Origin: Girardia tigrina
Taxonomy: Eukaryota
Assembly (NCBI GenBank): GCA_001938485.1
Contig: MQRK01242767.1
Span: 3,123-67,122 of the forward strand
Direction: 5' to 3'
DNA length: 64,000 bases
Positions 25,385 through 39,100 of the stretch are shown here, in pieces. Below the pieces are notes generated by a model. That model had not been told where the DNA came from. It ran no database searches and saw nothing but the letters and a program-made list of their open reading frames with translations. Position 1 is the first letter of the stretch, and each line of letters begins with the position of its first letter. The translations under genes and the position numbers were made by a program.

Positions 25385-25479
25385 ATTCCGATTTTGCTAT
25401 CATCATTTATTCCAATCCCATTGACGAAATGTAAGCAACGGGATCGCTCCGGTTTTTTCCGGTTCAACATCATGTAAAA

Positions 25480-26535
25480 TTAATTCATCCCCGTGTCGTA
25501 AATTTCATCATAAACACATAAAATCGTCCGTGGCCTCTGATAACTGCTGTTCTGCAAAAGACTACATTCCTTAAAACAATGACCAGATTTACCGCATATT
25601 AAATATTTATCCTTCAATTGGCATTGAAAACGTCTGTGATCATTTTCCCTGCAACAAAAGTACTGACCCGGTTTCAGTCGCTCCTCATGCAGTGGGGGTA
25701 GTCCCCGTATTCTATTATAGAATCTTCGAGCTATATGTTTCAGAGAAACCGAAGGCGGCTGTCTCACCGGCGTTTGTCGGAATTCAGAAATGACCGATTG
25801 TATATGACTAATCCGGTTGGAAAAGTCCCAATCTATGAATCTCTCATCCGTTGATCTTCTGAGACCAAAATTAGACTGCTGAAATTGCTTTGTTGGTTGG
25901 TATTTCACAGCTTGAGCATAATTTTGGGATTCTTCTGCTTGATATTTGTCTTATTATTAAAAGCGCTTACTTCCATTTTCTCATCTTCCGAGATCTCTCG
26001 GTTCTCGTAGACTTTCGCCAGTGTCCTCATATCTTCTCTCTTCATTTCCGGTTTCAGAGCCAGTGAATCCCTCAGACCGGTACTGAGTCTAAAACACTGT
26101 TAATTAGTTTCTTTACCCGAATTTCAAACGTGGCAAATCTCTCTTTTGGCTCTTGCTTAACATTCGCCAGTTCCATGAAAATATCTAAGATTGACTTCTT
26201 CATCATAAATGTGTCACGAAACCATTCTCGAGCTTCCACCTGAGTCATTTCATCCATTTTTGGATCCTTCCATAATTCCCCAGCTTCTTCAGACAATAAT
26301 AAATCAAATGCACTCACCAAAGGCAAGTCATTTAATGATATTCCTCGATATCCTTTAGCCATTTTTCCGCTTCTTGCGAATCTCTACCGTCAAACTTACG
26401 GACATTGAAATTGAGAATTTCTTGAGTCTTCTTCGGCAGCGACGCAAGCAAAATATTTCTTTGTTGGCTTCTCGTAATTGCGTTGATATTTTCGGCGTGG
26501 TCACCAGTTACGTTTTTGGTTTCTTTAAAATCCAT
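25480..26535 (-). pseudogene. Gypsy gag, frameshifted, starting inside the 5' LTR
   Basis: MDFKETKNVTGDHAEN.., RKFDG..AEKWLKDIE, KQEPKERF..FE, and degenerate zinc knuckles. Confidence 0.8.
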
Positions 26536-27499
26536 TTTCAAAGTCAAATCAAAACTATATTTCAAACCGCGTACAAAAACTATATATTATTTAAACAAAC
26601 AATATTTAATAATTAATCAATCACACATAACTAATACAGTAATAAATATTCTTTACCAGAACTTATATCAGGTGAACAATATTTATCACTACATATTTTT
26701 TAATAAAAAATGTTAAATATATTTTATACAAATCTAATTACAATAATTAAACAAAATTATTTAAAAGATTAGCAAACTATTAACAGAGAAGAGGAAATCA
26801 ACAAGATTAATCCAATATTGGATAAAGATATCTGATGAGGAAGAATAAGAATAAGTATAACTTACAAGATTGACAAAATCGTTACTCTTAAACAATTATA
26901 TCTTATAATCTAGGAGAGTATTTTTAATATTTTTCGATTATCATATAGAGTGAATTTAGAAACACTCTGTTGGGAAAATTTTTTTTTCGCATTTTTTCCC
27001 AAATTTGAGCTAAATGCTCTTCAATTGTATAATTTGGCATATTTCCCTGTAATTCATATTCTTTGGGCATTGACAACTTATTAATTTCTTCGTTAAAAAG
27101 ATTTTCTTGGATCCATTCGACTCATTCAACTCCAGCATTATCTTCAATTATTGCAAGTACTTCATAATCATTTTTGTGATGTAACAAATTTTTAGACTCC
27201 TGTCCCCCTTTTTCACAAAGTGTCACACTTTCACAGACCCCCAACTACCCCCCTATGCGTTATGTATTTTACGAACGAGCCCTAATATATTAATATATAA
27301 ACTACAAAAAAGTTAATTCAGTAATTCTTCATCAATAATTCTTCCTTTCACTTTTTCCAGTCGATTTTAACTAAAGAAACTTTTTTTTCACCAAAAAAGC
27401 AGATCATACCATCAAACTGCTACCCCCAAACTGTTGGCTTTATACATTTTCCGAGGCAGGAAATTTACCGTTTAGTCTAAATATTTTTATTTCCAAAAA

Positions 27500-27850
27500 A
27501 ATAGGAAAATCGACAGCATGTAATCGATGTGTGACAGTGGTATTGAAGATCGGCTTCGATAGTGTTTGATTAATCTCAGCTGAAATATTTGGTATTGTAC
27601 TGATCCTGGATTGCTTATTTAACACTTTTATATGTCTATCATCCCTTTTTGTTGTCCTTTTGTGTTGGTACAAGCAATTCTTGTCGAAAAACGATTTGGT
27701 TTCAAAGAATCTTTCCTAGTTTGTTCGGACTTTTTTTCTTTGAAAATCTAAGTTTTTGTGCGATTTGTAACTGCAAATGGCCAATTTTATTGAAAATTTA
27801 CTAATTAAGCACGTTTTCCCTTCGTTATTTGCTTTGATCTTGCCATTTTC
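27500..27850 (-). mobile_element. Tc1-like transposase N-terminal fragment
   Basis: MARSKQIT.., RTTKRDDRHI..TTVTHRLH (paired-like HTH region). Confidence 0.7.
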
Positions 27851-28085
27851 AAAACTTTGGACACAATTTTGAAGCAGCAATGCTGATAAGAATCTTCTCC
27901 AATGTTACATCGTAATGTAAGTATCAAAATGTCAATATTTAAAATTTTTTAAGAGAAAATTGACCGTTAAATACCATCGAGATCCTTTGAACACTTTAAA
28001 AAGTATAAATTTGTCAAGTTAAAACTGATTGAAGTTCAAAAAAGTACTTGAAGTAATTCAAAGTCCCAAATTTTAATATTAATAA

Positions 28086-28540
28086 TGTGTTGAATATTTG
28101 GAATGTTGATGTTTTGTGTGTTGTTTGAAACTGTAAATGTTGTGTGTTGATTTGGAAGTGTGTCTCCTACTCAGACAGCTGATTAATGTTCTAATTCTAT
28201 AATCTGAAACTAATTTATTCCAATTTATATTCGAATTTTTAATTTATTATTATTGTACATTTTAAATGAATTTATCACTTTTATTTCTTCATAATTTGTA
28301 AATAATTAAATCAAATTAATATTTTAAAACGATATTGAAAAATAATTTTATTGTAACTAATAACATTTGTAGTAAGTATTTTAAATAAAATTTATATTTT
28401 CAAATTAGTTCAGATTTTGGGGTGAAAAGTATGAAACACTGAATGATTAATATGAACGAAAGAACTACTACGAATAGTCAGAAAGATGATCCCAATTTTT
28501 ATTCTAATAAATGTTGTAACAAAATATATGAGTTCTCTTC
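28086..28540 (+). mobile_element. Family A solo LTR, diverged
   Basis: Colinear with 56963-57392 (TGTG start, GTCTCCTACTCAGA motif, U5 leader remnant). Confidence 0.8.
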
Positions 28541-30072
28541 GAAATTATTTTTTTCAATATTTTAAGTCATTATATTTTGACACTGTGAGATGTATTTGTG
28601 ACGTCAATATTGGAATTCATTTTACTCAAATTATATCTTTATTAAATAAAACAACTTTCAAACAAATTTACCAACTTTTTTTCTAATTAATAATTAATTA
28701 GCTGATCTCTATTTTCAAATAATTTTTCAAATATTTATAATTTTAATTAAGTCTAAACAACATTCAACTTTTTTACATTTTTAAGCAAAAATATTTAATG
28801 CTTAAATATTTTTTTATTTTAACCTTTTTATCCTGTTTTTATAATTTTTTTTTCAACTGAAATCTTATATGCTGTTTTTTAATTTTGCGTTGTGTTTTTT
28901 AATATTTTATTATTTTAGAAATTTTGAAAATACGTTATATTTAATATTCAATCTTGTATTTTTTTAAATATTTAATCTTTTAATCATATCATTAAATTAA
29001 TTCAAAATTAGAAAATATATTTTTAAAAAAATATTATTAAAATATTTTTTAATAAAGAATGTTTTTTTTAAATTCAAATTAATTTTTAAAATTTTCAATT
29101 TGATTTTAAATCAAAATAATCTTTAAAACTATTTAAATTTTGATCAGGGCACCAAAAATTAATTACCTCCTCATAGACCCAATAAATAAATGAGAAATAA
29201 AAGACAACACTCAAAAGTCATTAATAAAATTTCGTTTCATAAAACTATTTGAGAATGATAATCGAAGTGAAAAATACAAAAAGATGATTTTTCCAAGTGA
29301 GTCTAAACTTTTGCAGGTTGTTCTTGCATTTGTAACGTTTAAATATGATTTCCCTATTTAAGTTTCGCAGCTTTAATTGGAACTTTTCGTTATTCTTTTC
29401 TTTTATAAACAACTATTGTAAATAAAATAAACATGAAGACATTGAAAATATTTATAAATAAATAAAAGAGGAATATTGATTAATATTCTCTTTTATCTGT
29501 TACTTAGAGGCACTTCAAATTGGAGTCGCTTACCGCAGATATTTCCAGTGATTAATGGCGCTGTGGTCTCCCGGGAATTAGCGATATTTGTAAAAATAAA
29601 CTACGTAAGACGTATCCGGCAGCGACAGCGAACGAGCCAGCGATGCTAACATCCTTAATTTAATTATTTTTGATTGATGAAAATTTCAAATTATCTGATT
29701 TGAAATGGCAATAATCGTTTGGATAATTTGCTTGGGATGACTGTTGAATTTGAATGAGCTTATTATTGAGATTCGAAAGAAGTTCTAAATTCCGCTTTAC
29801 TGCAGCATTCGTATATCGTACAATTTCGTCAAAGGACTCAAACTCTAACAACGATTATTTACAAATAATTAATGTTTTTATCAATGGCAACTGACAACTC
29901 ATCCTAAATAATTCTTTATTCATTATACTAATTGTATAATCTCAATGAGGAGTTATTTAAAATTTTAACAAAATTAAATAATTCTTTAAAATGTAAACAT
30001 TATTATTAGTTAATATTAAATTATTATTTAATTATTTTTAAATTATTATTTATTATTATTATTAATTATTAT

Positions 30073-30491
30073 TGTGAAGGGAAATTCGTAAAGATGTAAG
30101 TTTGTTGTTCGTATGCTGTTTACATTTGTGACTCTCCTACTCAGATTGGATTGATATGTTATTTGATTAATTATTTGAATCTAATGAGATAAATTTAATA
30201 TTAAATATTAATTAATTAAAAGCTTTCGAATTTAAAATTTAATTAATACTTTAGGGTAAATAATTTAACTTATTAAATTTAATATAATTAAAAAAGCTAA
30301 TTTTCATTTTAAAAGTTACTTAATGCATTTTTACCCAAAAATATTTTAAGAAATTTAAAATTATTAATTGAATAATCTCATTCATTAATCGAAGATTTGA
30401 ATATACAAAAAGTATATCAATCAAAGAAAGAGGCTTACTGAAGATGGTCTTGCTGAAAATAGTTGTAAAGAATATGTTTGTGTTGTTAACA
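30073..30491 (+). mobile_element. Family A-related solo LTR, old
   Basis: TGTGA..CTCTCCTACTCAGA..GTTGTTAACA, ~420 bp, no clear TSD. Confidence 0.6.
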
Positions 30492-32554
30492 AATGTTTTC
30501 CCTCAAATTGTGACGTACCTAATAATTATTAGGTATAATATTTTAAAATTATCTAAATAATTTTATAAAATAATTAGTATACACTCCATCTTGTCCTCAA
30601 AGTACACATACAAAATGTCTGAGCTCAGGGAAATTAAGAGTTACATCGAATCTGAATGCCTGCATACATTTTACATTCTTCGGGACCGTTGTTTGTTTGA
30701 TTGCATCTTCTCAGGTTTAGGTTCGTAATTCTCATTCTCATCTTTCTCGACACGTTCAAGGTTTCGAATTCTCTCTGAATCTGTTGTTTCATTCCCGCTG
30801 TTCTCTAATTGTAATTCTACTGTCATCATCAGATTTCCCTGGCACACTTGGTTGATTTGATAATGTGTTCTGTTGATCTTCATTTAATGAGATAAAGACA
30901 TATAGATCACAGTCCAGTACCTAGTCATTCAGATTTATTGTGGCGTGGGCTTTACAATACATCATCTTCGATTCTTAGCTTTGGATTTACTACTGTTTAC
31001 AGAAAATATTTTTGGCCGCAGAAATCTTATCTTTTGAATAAAAATATTTAATATTGGGATCCTGACGTCTGAGTTTTGCGTCACATTGAACTAGGTAACC
31101 ATTTCACCCACTTTTATGTCGATCCGAGCGACCATCATTTTAATCTTATGGGGAATACGTACCACATTACCGTTTCCGCTGGGACGCTTATTGCATCGCA
31201 GGACGTTCTTTACGCATGCAATCTGTACTGCAATTGTACAGAATCAAATCCCCCGACGGTCTGAGTTCGTTTAATGTCTCTCAAGGCAGAGCATATATTG
31301 TGTTAATAACAAATTACTAGTTGCAAAAGAATTTTATTTGAATCAGATATTTACACTATTTACTTATTAAAACAAATTTATGTTAATTCACAATTATTAA
31401 AATAATTATTCCACAATTACTAAATATTCCACGTATATCAAACTCGTATTTTGAAGCTATTAAATACCCGGCCCATAGAACTTTGTCTGATAGGAATTTT
31501 GCTGTTCCCTATGCGTAAAGTCAGTCGCCAACAACTGCCACGTACTCAACCCACTGAGCTCTACTTTATTCCAAATGTCCGTTTGTTTTATAGACAAATT
31601 TGCGCTTGATTATTATTAAAACGTAGAGAAATTGAATTAATTTAAATTTATTAATAAATTTTTTAACATTAAGATTAAAAAGATGCTGAAACAGAGATAA
31701 ATATATTTGAGCTTTGAAGAAGTCAGGGGGAGAGGACAACGCTCTTCCGAAATAAATTAACTAAGATATTTTGCTAACATAAAAATAAAATAAATGATAA
31801 AATAAATATTTTGCTGAACCGTGTCCCCGGATATCGAGATTATGTGAGAGATAAGGGATAATGAGAAATAAATGAAACGTTCTCATTTCAAAAGACAAAA
31901 TGAGATTACGTTTGAAACAGAAAATAGAAAAGCAAATAAATGTTTTAAAATCAAAATAAAATTGTTAGTTTTATTTCGTTGATTTCCTTATGTAGCTGCA
32001 AATAATGAGACCCCTTATCAGCAATTTAGAAGGGAAAAATCTCGTTGTTGTCTTTTGTATTCACTGAATTACTCTCTCTACAAAATAGATGAATTCTGAG
32101 GAAGGTCTTTTGTTATTTGTAGATGCTTATCGGATGAGTCGATCAGGCTCGTGGGCCATCAGGACGCTGAGTCGACTCTTACCTTAGATCATGCCTCAAA
32201 TACCCAGACATTATTATGTTCCTACATGACCGACCTAGTGTCACTATTATCAAATGAGAACAATGAAATAATTTTGTTTTATTTATTTTTTGATTTGTAA
32301 TATTATGTAATTTATGAAAAATTAAGTAGTTGAACATGTTTCAATTTTTTCATACATCATCAGCAAATATAATTTGCACAATATTTCAATGTTAATTTAA
32401 GTCCCAATTATTTTATAAAATAAATAAAAATTTTGTAATTAATATGAGGGGTTAATTTTAATTTTTTATCTCGCCTGAATAGTTTATTATTTTTTAATTT
32501 AAAGGGTAAAATATTTTTATATTAATTTGCTTGTTAAATATTTTTAAAAATTAA

Positions 32555-32604
32555 NNNNNNNNNNNNNNNNNNNNNNNNNNNNNNNNNNNNNNNNNNNNNN
32601 NNNN
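32555..32604. other. Assembly gap
   Basis: N run. Confidence 1.
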
Positions 32605-33154
32605 AAAAATATCTTAGAATTAAAAATGTCAAGAAAACAAAAATATTAAATATTTATTTTTAAGCAATTTTAAATATTGATTTTGAAAATAGTTTAAATA
32701 ATTTTTGAAATAAATTTTCGAAATAAATTTTCGAAATAAATTTTAAGGATTTTGAAAATTAAATCGAAAAGAATTTAATAGATTAATTTGGGTCGAGATA
32801 ATTAAATTAAATTAACAGGAAAATTTGTTTTAGAAATGTGAATTGTTATAGAAATAAAATTTTGGTGTTTGAAAAAATGAATTCGGATATAGACGTTGCA
32901 ACCACTTCTCACAATTAATATTAATACAATCTTGAAAAAATAATATATAAATATATATTTATGCCGAATTCACGAATTCAGTAACTTTTATAAATTTTTT
33001 TAATTCAATTTTGAAATTGATACTAACATTTACTATGAAAAAATATGTATTTAATATGAAAATTTATGAAAAATTATCAATTTAATTTGCAATTCAGCTT
33101 TTCCTCAAGGAAGAAAATTTACATTTGGAGTCAAATAAATTGGAGAAGAATAAT

Positions 33155-35244
33155 ATCCATTATTCTTCTTAGTCTGTCCTCATCTGATGGGTTGTCTCTA
33201 ATCACCAATATTTCTCCACCTCGTGGTATCTGTCTTTTAAATTTTATTCCGAATTTATCCAAGAAATCTATACCTGCGATCATTTCGGGTTCTAGTTCTT
33301 TGACCATATAAAAATCTATTAACTTTTGTGTTCCCTCAATGGCCACATTTAATTGAACGATTCCATAATTGATCAGTTCTGAATCATTTGCGCAATGGAT
33401 ACGTTTTTTCGTTTCTCTTATTTTAATTTCTTTCGTGTTTTTAATTATCTCCGCTTTAATTACATTTACTCTTGCTCCAGTGTCAAAAAGGCAATGAACT
33501 TTTCTATCTTTCACGTAAAAATCCACACTTGGACGTCCTTTCAGTTCTTTATAAAATATCTTAAACTTTGATATCTTCAATATTTCCGTTTTACCATTTA
33601 GTTTCTTATCATCTTGATTTGTCATACTATTATACTGTTCTCGATTTACAATATCTTCGCATTCAAGTTCGCACATCTCTTGAGGAATATTTTCATACGT
33701 AAAATCAAACACATAATCACACACACATTCAAACACACAATCAAACATACATTTACATTGGTTTTCTAATGAAGCACACTGATCACCTCTCCTTGTGATC
33801 GTGCGTCTTCGTTTCCCTGTTCGTCTCCGGATTTTCTTTTACCTCTAGAATAATCTCTTGCTGTATTCTCTTCTCTTCTATCAGAAATTTCCGATCTCCT
33901 GTCCATTTCATCATCCATGTCGTCTAACTCCGCCAAGTGTTGTTTCTTATTCATATATACCGGTCGTTCTCTATATCTCTGATTAGAATAATCTCTCCTG
34001 TCATTCCAACGATTTTTATTATTGTTAGGTTAGGTCACGTTCTTTAAACCTATTTGGGTTTTCAAAACATTGTGTTCGTAGGTGTCCTCTTCTTTGACAG
34101 TGGCTACACTTAACGTATGGACATTCTCTACTAACATGACCTTCCACGTGGCATGCCCAACAAATTATTTTTCTGATTTTATAATTTCGACTTGTACCGT
34201 CTCTCTTTACTTTGTCTTTCCGTAGTTTTGGTGTTCTTCTTTTATTCTCCACAGTTTTCCAATCGTTTTATTTCCTTGTGTTATATGCTGCAATCGGTGA
34301 ATTTCTTTTCTTTTTCCCGTATTCATACATCCTCATTTGTATGTTTTCGATCTCCTCTGCCTTTGTTACATCTCGAATTGCTATCTCTTGGTCGACGTTA
34401 TCATCGTCAATCAAATTAGCATAGACCAAGTTTGATAGTTCTTTCTTACCAAACTTTTTCTCTACTAATTTTTCGATTATCTCATCTGCTTTGCGGAACG
34501 CAAGTGACGGGTCACCGCAACCTACTCTTAACTCTATGATATCTTTCATGAAATCCAAAATAGATTTCTCTTTTGAAAATGCTACTCGCATTTTCTCTTC
34601 GCAAGTACTCCCTGGGGCCTTCTCGTATCTCAGAATTGCATCTGTAGTCAATTATGGTTTTACCAGAAGGATTTTTCTCTCCTCTGATAATCTCATAATC
34701 TATGAATACCTGTTAAAACTTAACATGAATTCTTCTAATTTGTTCTCGGATCCATCGAATTTTTCTGGACCTTTGATGTTCGGAGTCACGTGGTGTGAAG
34801 TCGCCATGTTTGACAGAACATTTATTACATTCACATTTCTTATCATCTTTATGATGATCAACAGTAATGCTTTCACTTAAGTCCATCATTCAATTTTCAA
34901 TATCTCTCATTATAATCTGAACTATACTTGAGAAGATTATTTTATTTAAAAATATTTAATTTAAATTTTATTGACTAAAATAAAATATTTTATATTAAAC
35001 ATTAATTTGATTTAAATTATTTAAAAATTTACTAAAATAAAATCAATAAAATTATTTAAAAGTTGCAATAATAAAAATTAAAAATTTGAATATTAAATCT
35101 AAATTTAAATAAATTAGTTTCAGATTATAAGAATTAAAATATTTATCATCCATCTGGTTAGGAGAGGCACAATCCCAAATCAACACACAACATTTAAACA
35201 TGCAAACACTACAAAAAACAATTACACACCGCATATTCCTCACA
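33155..35244 (-). mobile_element. Family A 5' portion: LTR (34807-35244), PBS TGGCGAC, gag, frameshift site, protease; truncated
   Basis: LTR closely similar to 56963-57392; MATSHHVTP..KFDG; CWACHVEGHVSREC..CSHCQRRGHLRTQC; LFDTGA. Confidence 0.95.
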
Positions 35245-35699
35245 TTAATAAATCTATTTATTGTTTTATGTTCACATTAAAAATCAATTTTATATAAATT
35301 ACTTTTGTTACACTATTTTATAAACATCTCATTTTAACCTAATCTGTAAATAAAATGTAAAATATTGGATTATTAAATTGATTAGATTTCAAATTCGAAA
35401 ATTTTATGCACTCAACATTTTCTACTACTAACAATACTTATATGTCAGGCGTTTAGAATCAAGTGCCCCACATACAAGATATGCAGGTGCCCAAACTACG
35501 AAAGGTACAACATTATAGTTCAATATGTGCGAGGCCCAACGGCTAAGGTCTCAAAAACGTATGTTTCAGTATATTTTTATTAGCATCATGATGTTTTTCC
35601 ATAATTATAAATATTATATTGCTAATAAGTGTCGATGTATTACAAAAGTCTACGTTTGTCTTTTGTAATAATCTTGTAAAATAATGGTAAAATAATATA

Positions 35700-36620
35700 T
35701 GAAACTGAAACCTCAAAATAAACAGACATAAAGAATTCTGTATCTTTTAAGGCATTATTAGATATTTTGGCTTTTGAGGAGCATAAACTATCTGTCTAAT
35801 CTGAAATATACTGATGAGCAACAAAAATATTCTCTGTAGATTAAAGGTTTGGTAAATAGAGCTTGGTCTCTGTCTTCAACATATGTAAAAGCTGAAGCTA
35901 GTATTGATTGGTTTACTGAGCTTTGCATAAAAATGGCAATTCAAAATTGTTTCTGAAGAAATTAACCAATCAATTAATAGACAAATTAATTAATCAAGAA
36001 TTCGAAGGAAAAAATGATTTAAAACCTGATAAAGTATCTCATGGAAATTTGAATATTGGTGTACACTCTAATTGTTCCTTATTCAGAAGGTTTTAAAAAA
36101 TTTAAATCACCTATTTTAAAATCAATTTAAAAATCATCTCCAAAACTTCAAATTATTTTCAGTAATAAATCTCTAACTCCATTGAGTTTGTGCTCCAATC
36201 TCGTTTATCAGTTTTCTTGTTATGGGTGCAATGTCACATACATCTGAAAGACACCTTGTCTGTAAACGAATTCAGGAGCATGGACGATTAAGTAATGGCA
36301 GTATTGCTGGGCATATGGAAGTTTGTAGGTCGGATGTGAAAATTACTGAATTTAAATATTGTGTAGTTATTTTTAAAATTATTGGGAAAGAGTTTCTTGT
36401 GAAACATTATTGGTTAAATTACATAATCAATGTCCAATATAATTAATGTCCAAACAAGTGCTTCTTCCACTTTGTTAAGATTGTTTTATTAGCTATTACG
36501 TCATTTGATTACATAATCGTCATTTTAATATATAAGACAGCACAATTGTCGTTAATTAAGCCTGATGATTGTGGAAAATCCACCGAAATATATTGCAAGA
36601 ATAAAATTTAGTTTTTTTCA
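35700..36620 (+). mobile_element. Decayed Penelope-like 3' region with pLTR
   Basis: KGLVNRAWSLSS, NLVYQFSCYGCNVTYI, RIQEH, followed by TATATAA, a hammerhead and AATAAA. Confidence 0.85.
36559..36597 (+). ncRNA. Hammerhead ribozyme, partly decayed
   Basis: AGC-CUGAUGA-U-UGUGGA(AAA)UCCACC-GAAA-UAUA-UU-GCA; mismatches at the base of stem II and in stem I. Confidence 0.7.
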
Positions 36621-37924
36621 ATGATTTTATTATTTATGAAAATATTTTATTCATATTTTAAAATATTTTTCAAAATTTAAAATTTTAATAATGATTTGAA
36701 TTATTAATAAATAAAACTTTTTTCATTTTTGAAAATTAAAATTATTTAAATTTTTGTTCATAATGATTACTCCGCAAAATTTCACTTTTACCCTACTTGG
36801 GTAACCCTAACCCCGGTTCGCCGAACATTGATGTAATTTATAAGTTATAATATAATATTCGAAAATTAAAGTAGGAGAATTATGATTTTAAAATAGAGTG
36901 AAAAAATAGTTTTACTTTAAAATGTTTAGAATTTTAAAGGATAAGTAAACGTTTATTTAATTATAATGTTGTATTATAATTAATTTGCATGACTTATGGT
37001 TGTTGTTCTAATGTGGAGTTTGTGAATTAGTGCCTGGAATTTATTTGTTGACGAGTGGGATTCCAAAATAGCTAATTCGTGGCGTCCTTGATTCATCAGG
37101 ATAGAAATCGGCGAAATGATTATTAATTGATGAAAAGAAGTGGAAAGTTCGGTTGATTTTGTGTATAATAAAATTATAATTTTGCATATCTTTAATACTC
37201 TTTAAATCAATTATGTAAATATTGATGTAACTAATAGAAAGGCAATTATGACCCAGGTGAAGAACACATGATTGATGACTTATTTTAAGGGTCTCTGTCG
37301 CCTTTCTCAATGACGCGAATTCCATGACCCTACAAAACTTTAACGTTCAGTTTCAAGTCCTACAAGTCTTTTCTGTAGAATCGACAATCGGTTTTTTAAC
37401 TATAATGATTTCATAGAAATTTGAAAGACTAAAAATAAAATTTACAGGAGAAAATTGAGTCATTTTTATTGTAATATCTCTCGACAAAAGCAATTCAACC
37501 AGAAATCGCATACAAATAATTGATATTGTTCAGCTGTATCCCCAGCTCTGTCCCAATCCCGTCGCCATGGCGACCGTTTTTGGGAAATTGTTTCCATCGT
37601 TGACTGACAATTTATCGCTTGACAATTTTTGCTCAATTTCAAAACGATTTGGAAATTTATTCAAAAAATTATCCGCAATTTTCTGTTGCTGTTTGGTTTA
37701 ATTAAGATATTTTAATTCGGATTATATTATTTAAAAATAAATAAAATAAAATAAAAGATTTAAGATACTTGTTTTGGTAATTTTTTGTAATAATATGATC
37801 AGGATTTTTAATACCATTATTTGACTTAGTGCAAATATGATGAGCATTGTTGGCCGTAGGCATCAAACATTACCTGGCGCAGCGTTTCTCAAGCATAAGT
37901 TCTCATGGACAGCTCTCTTAAATT

Positions 37925-39100
37925 ACGTGAACGGACATTTGCTCACATGACATTTGGTCTCACGGACATTTGGTCTCACGGACATTTGCTCACATGAACA
38001 TTTTTTTCAATTTTTATTTAATCAAAATTTAAAATTTAAAAAAAGAATTATTTGTAAAGTTAATTTTATTTTTTTCTATTAATTAAACTCGGATTGGAGA
38101 ATAAAAATTATATTGCATTAATTTTGATATTTGGACTTCAATTAGAAATCGCAGTTACCTGAATACCAGTGTTTGTGTACAGAACGATTACTGGAACTTT
38201 GGCTTATCCCGATTAAAATGCACTTTTGGAGCATCACAATGTTTTGAAGAACTTAGAAAAAAGATTGAATCATTTGGTTTAACATGAAACTATATGAGCT
38301 GAGTAACCACTGATGGACCAAATGTTATACGGAAAGTAGGACGAGAATTATCTTGTCAACAAGTACTTTGCATGGCATATGGAATACATATAGCGGTGAC
38401 TAATGTAATTTACAAACAAAATATACACTTCAATATGACATTTTTGGATTCGGAAAACAAAACTGATGAATTCGATAATATTGATCTTTCTGAAAAACAA
38501 AACGGTTTCGAAGTGTCTGTGGATGATGATATTGGAAGTGCAACATGAGAGTTAACTGATGCCTGTAATTGGAATTCAACAAGCTCTAAATCAAGATAAA
38601 TTGTAAAATGTGTTACGCGATCTGCAAAAAAAAGAATGATTAACTTTTAAGAACACATAAAATCAGAAGAAAGAAAAGAACTTCATCAAGGTAGAATTAA
38701 CTTTATAATATGATGGGAAGGTTAATTGAAGTGAAAACGTCAGTAATAAAAGAACTAGTGAATCCTAATTTGGCGGACATACTAATTTGAATAGAAAAGA
38801 ATGGACAGTTGTGGAAGCATTTAAAAACTGTGTTATTCCAATTAGGACTCAGTTGAATCTTTTTGGTAAAAAGTTTTTGCCATCATGATGCTGCTTCATC
38901 GTTTTTGATCGATAATATTGCTCGCGATCGCGTTCAAATTGGTGATACATTAAAGACTAAATTAGCAGTACAAATAAAAAAGAAGATCAGTTCATTATGG
39001 CATTCTCTAGTATTTACATAATTGTAATAAGACAAAACTGAATATTTTTATTGAAAGATGGTTTACGTCAGAAGTATCCAAAAAATAAGAGACATAAGTC
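37925..39100 (+). mobile_element. Decayed hAT transposon with GGACATTTG(G/C)TC.. subterminal tandem repeats
   Basis: Repeats at 37934-38000; TTDGPNVIRKVG..LCMAYGIHIAV resembles the hAT TTDGA..CxxH region. Confidence 0.7.

Larger units (their letters stand above)
22962..26632 (-). mobile_element. Ty3/Gypsy family B element with complete boundaries and the RT core deleted
   Basis: 127-bp LTRs (26506-26632, 22962-23088; 5 mismatches) with AGTTA..TAACT ends; 5-bp TSD AATAC; PBS TGGTGACC; PPT AAGAGGGGGAG; order gag-PR-(RT start)-RH-INT. Confidence 0.97.

Noticed and set aside
27195-27285. Isolated transposon-end-like motifs (also ~41720-41750, 45650-45760, 52450-52520, 53007-53100, 62400-62470)
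   Set aside because: No partner TIR or TSD was found, so the class cannot be supported.
30438-30470. CTGAAGA..GAAA hammerhead-like string
   Set aside because: Stem II is poor and stem III is not palindromic. It lies in the U5 of a Gypsy LTR with no pLTR context.
36802-36814. TAACCCTAACCC telomere-like repeat
   Set aside because: Only two units; too short to support a call.
37561-37574. Palindrome GTCGCCATGGCGAC as an X-box promoter
   Set aside because: It is a single site with no identifiable downstream gene.
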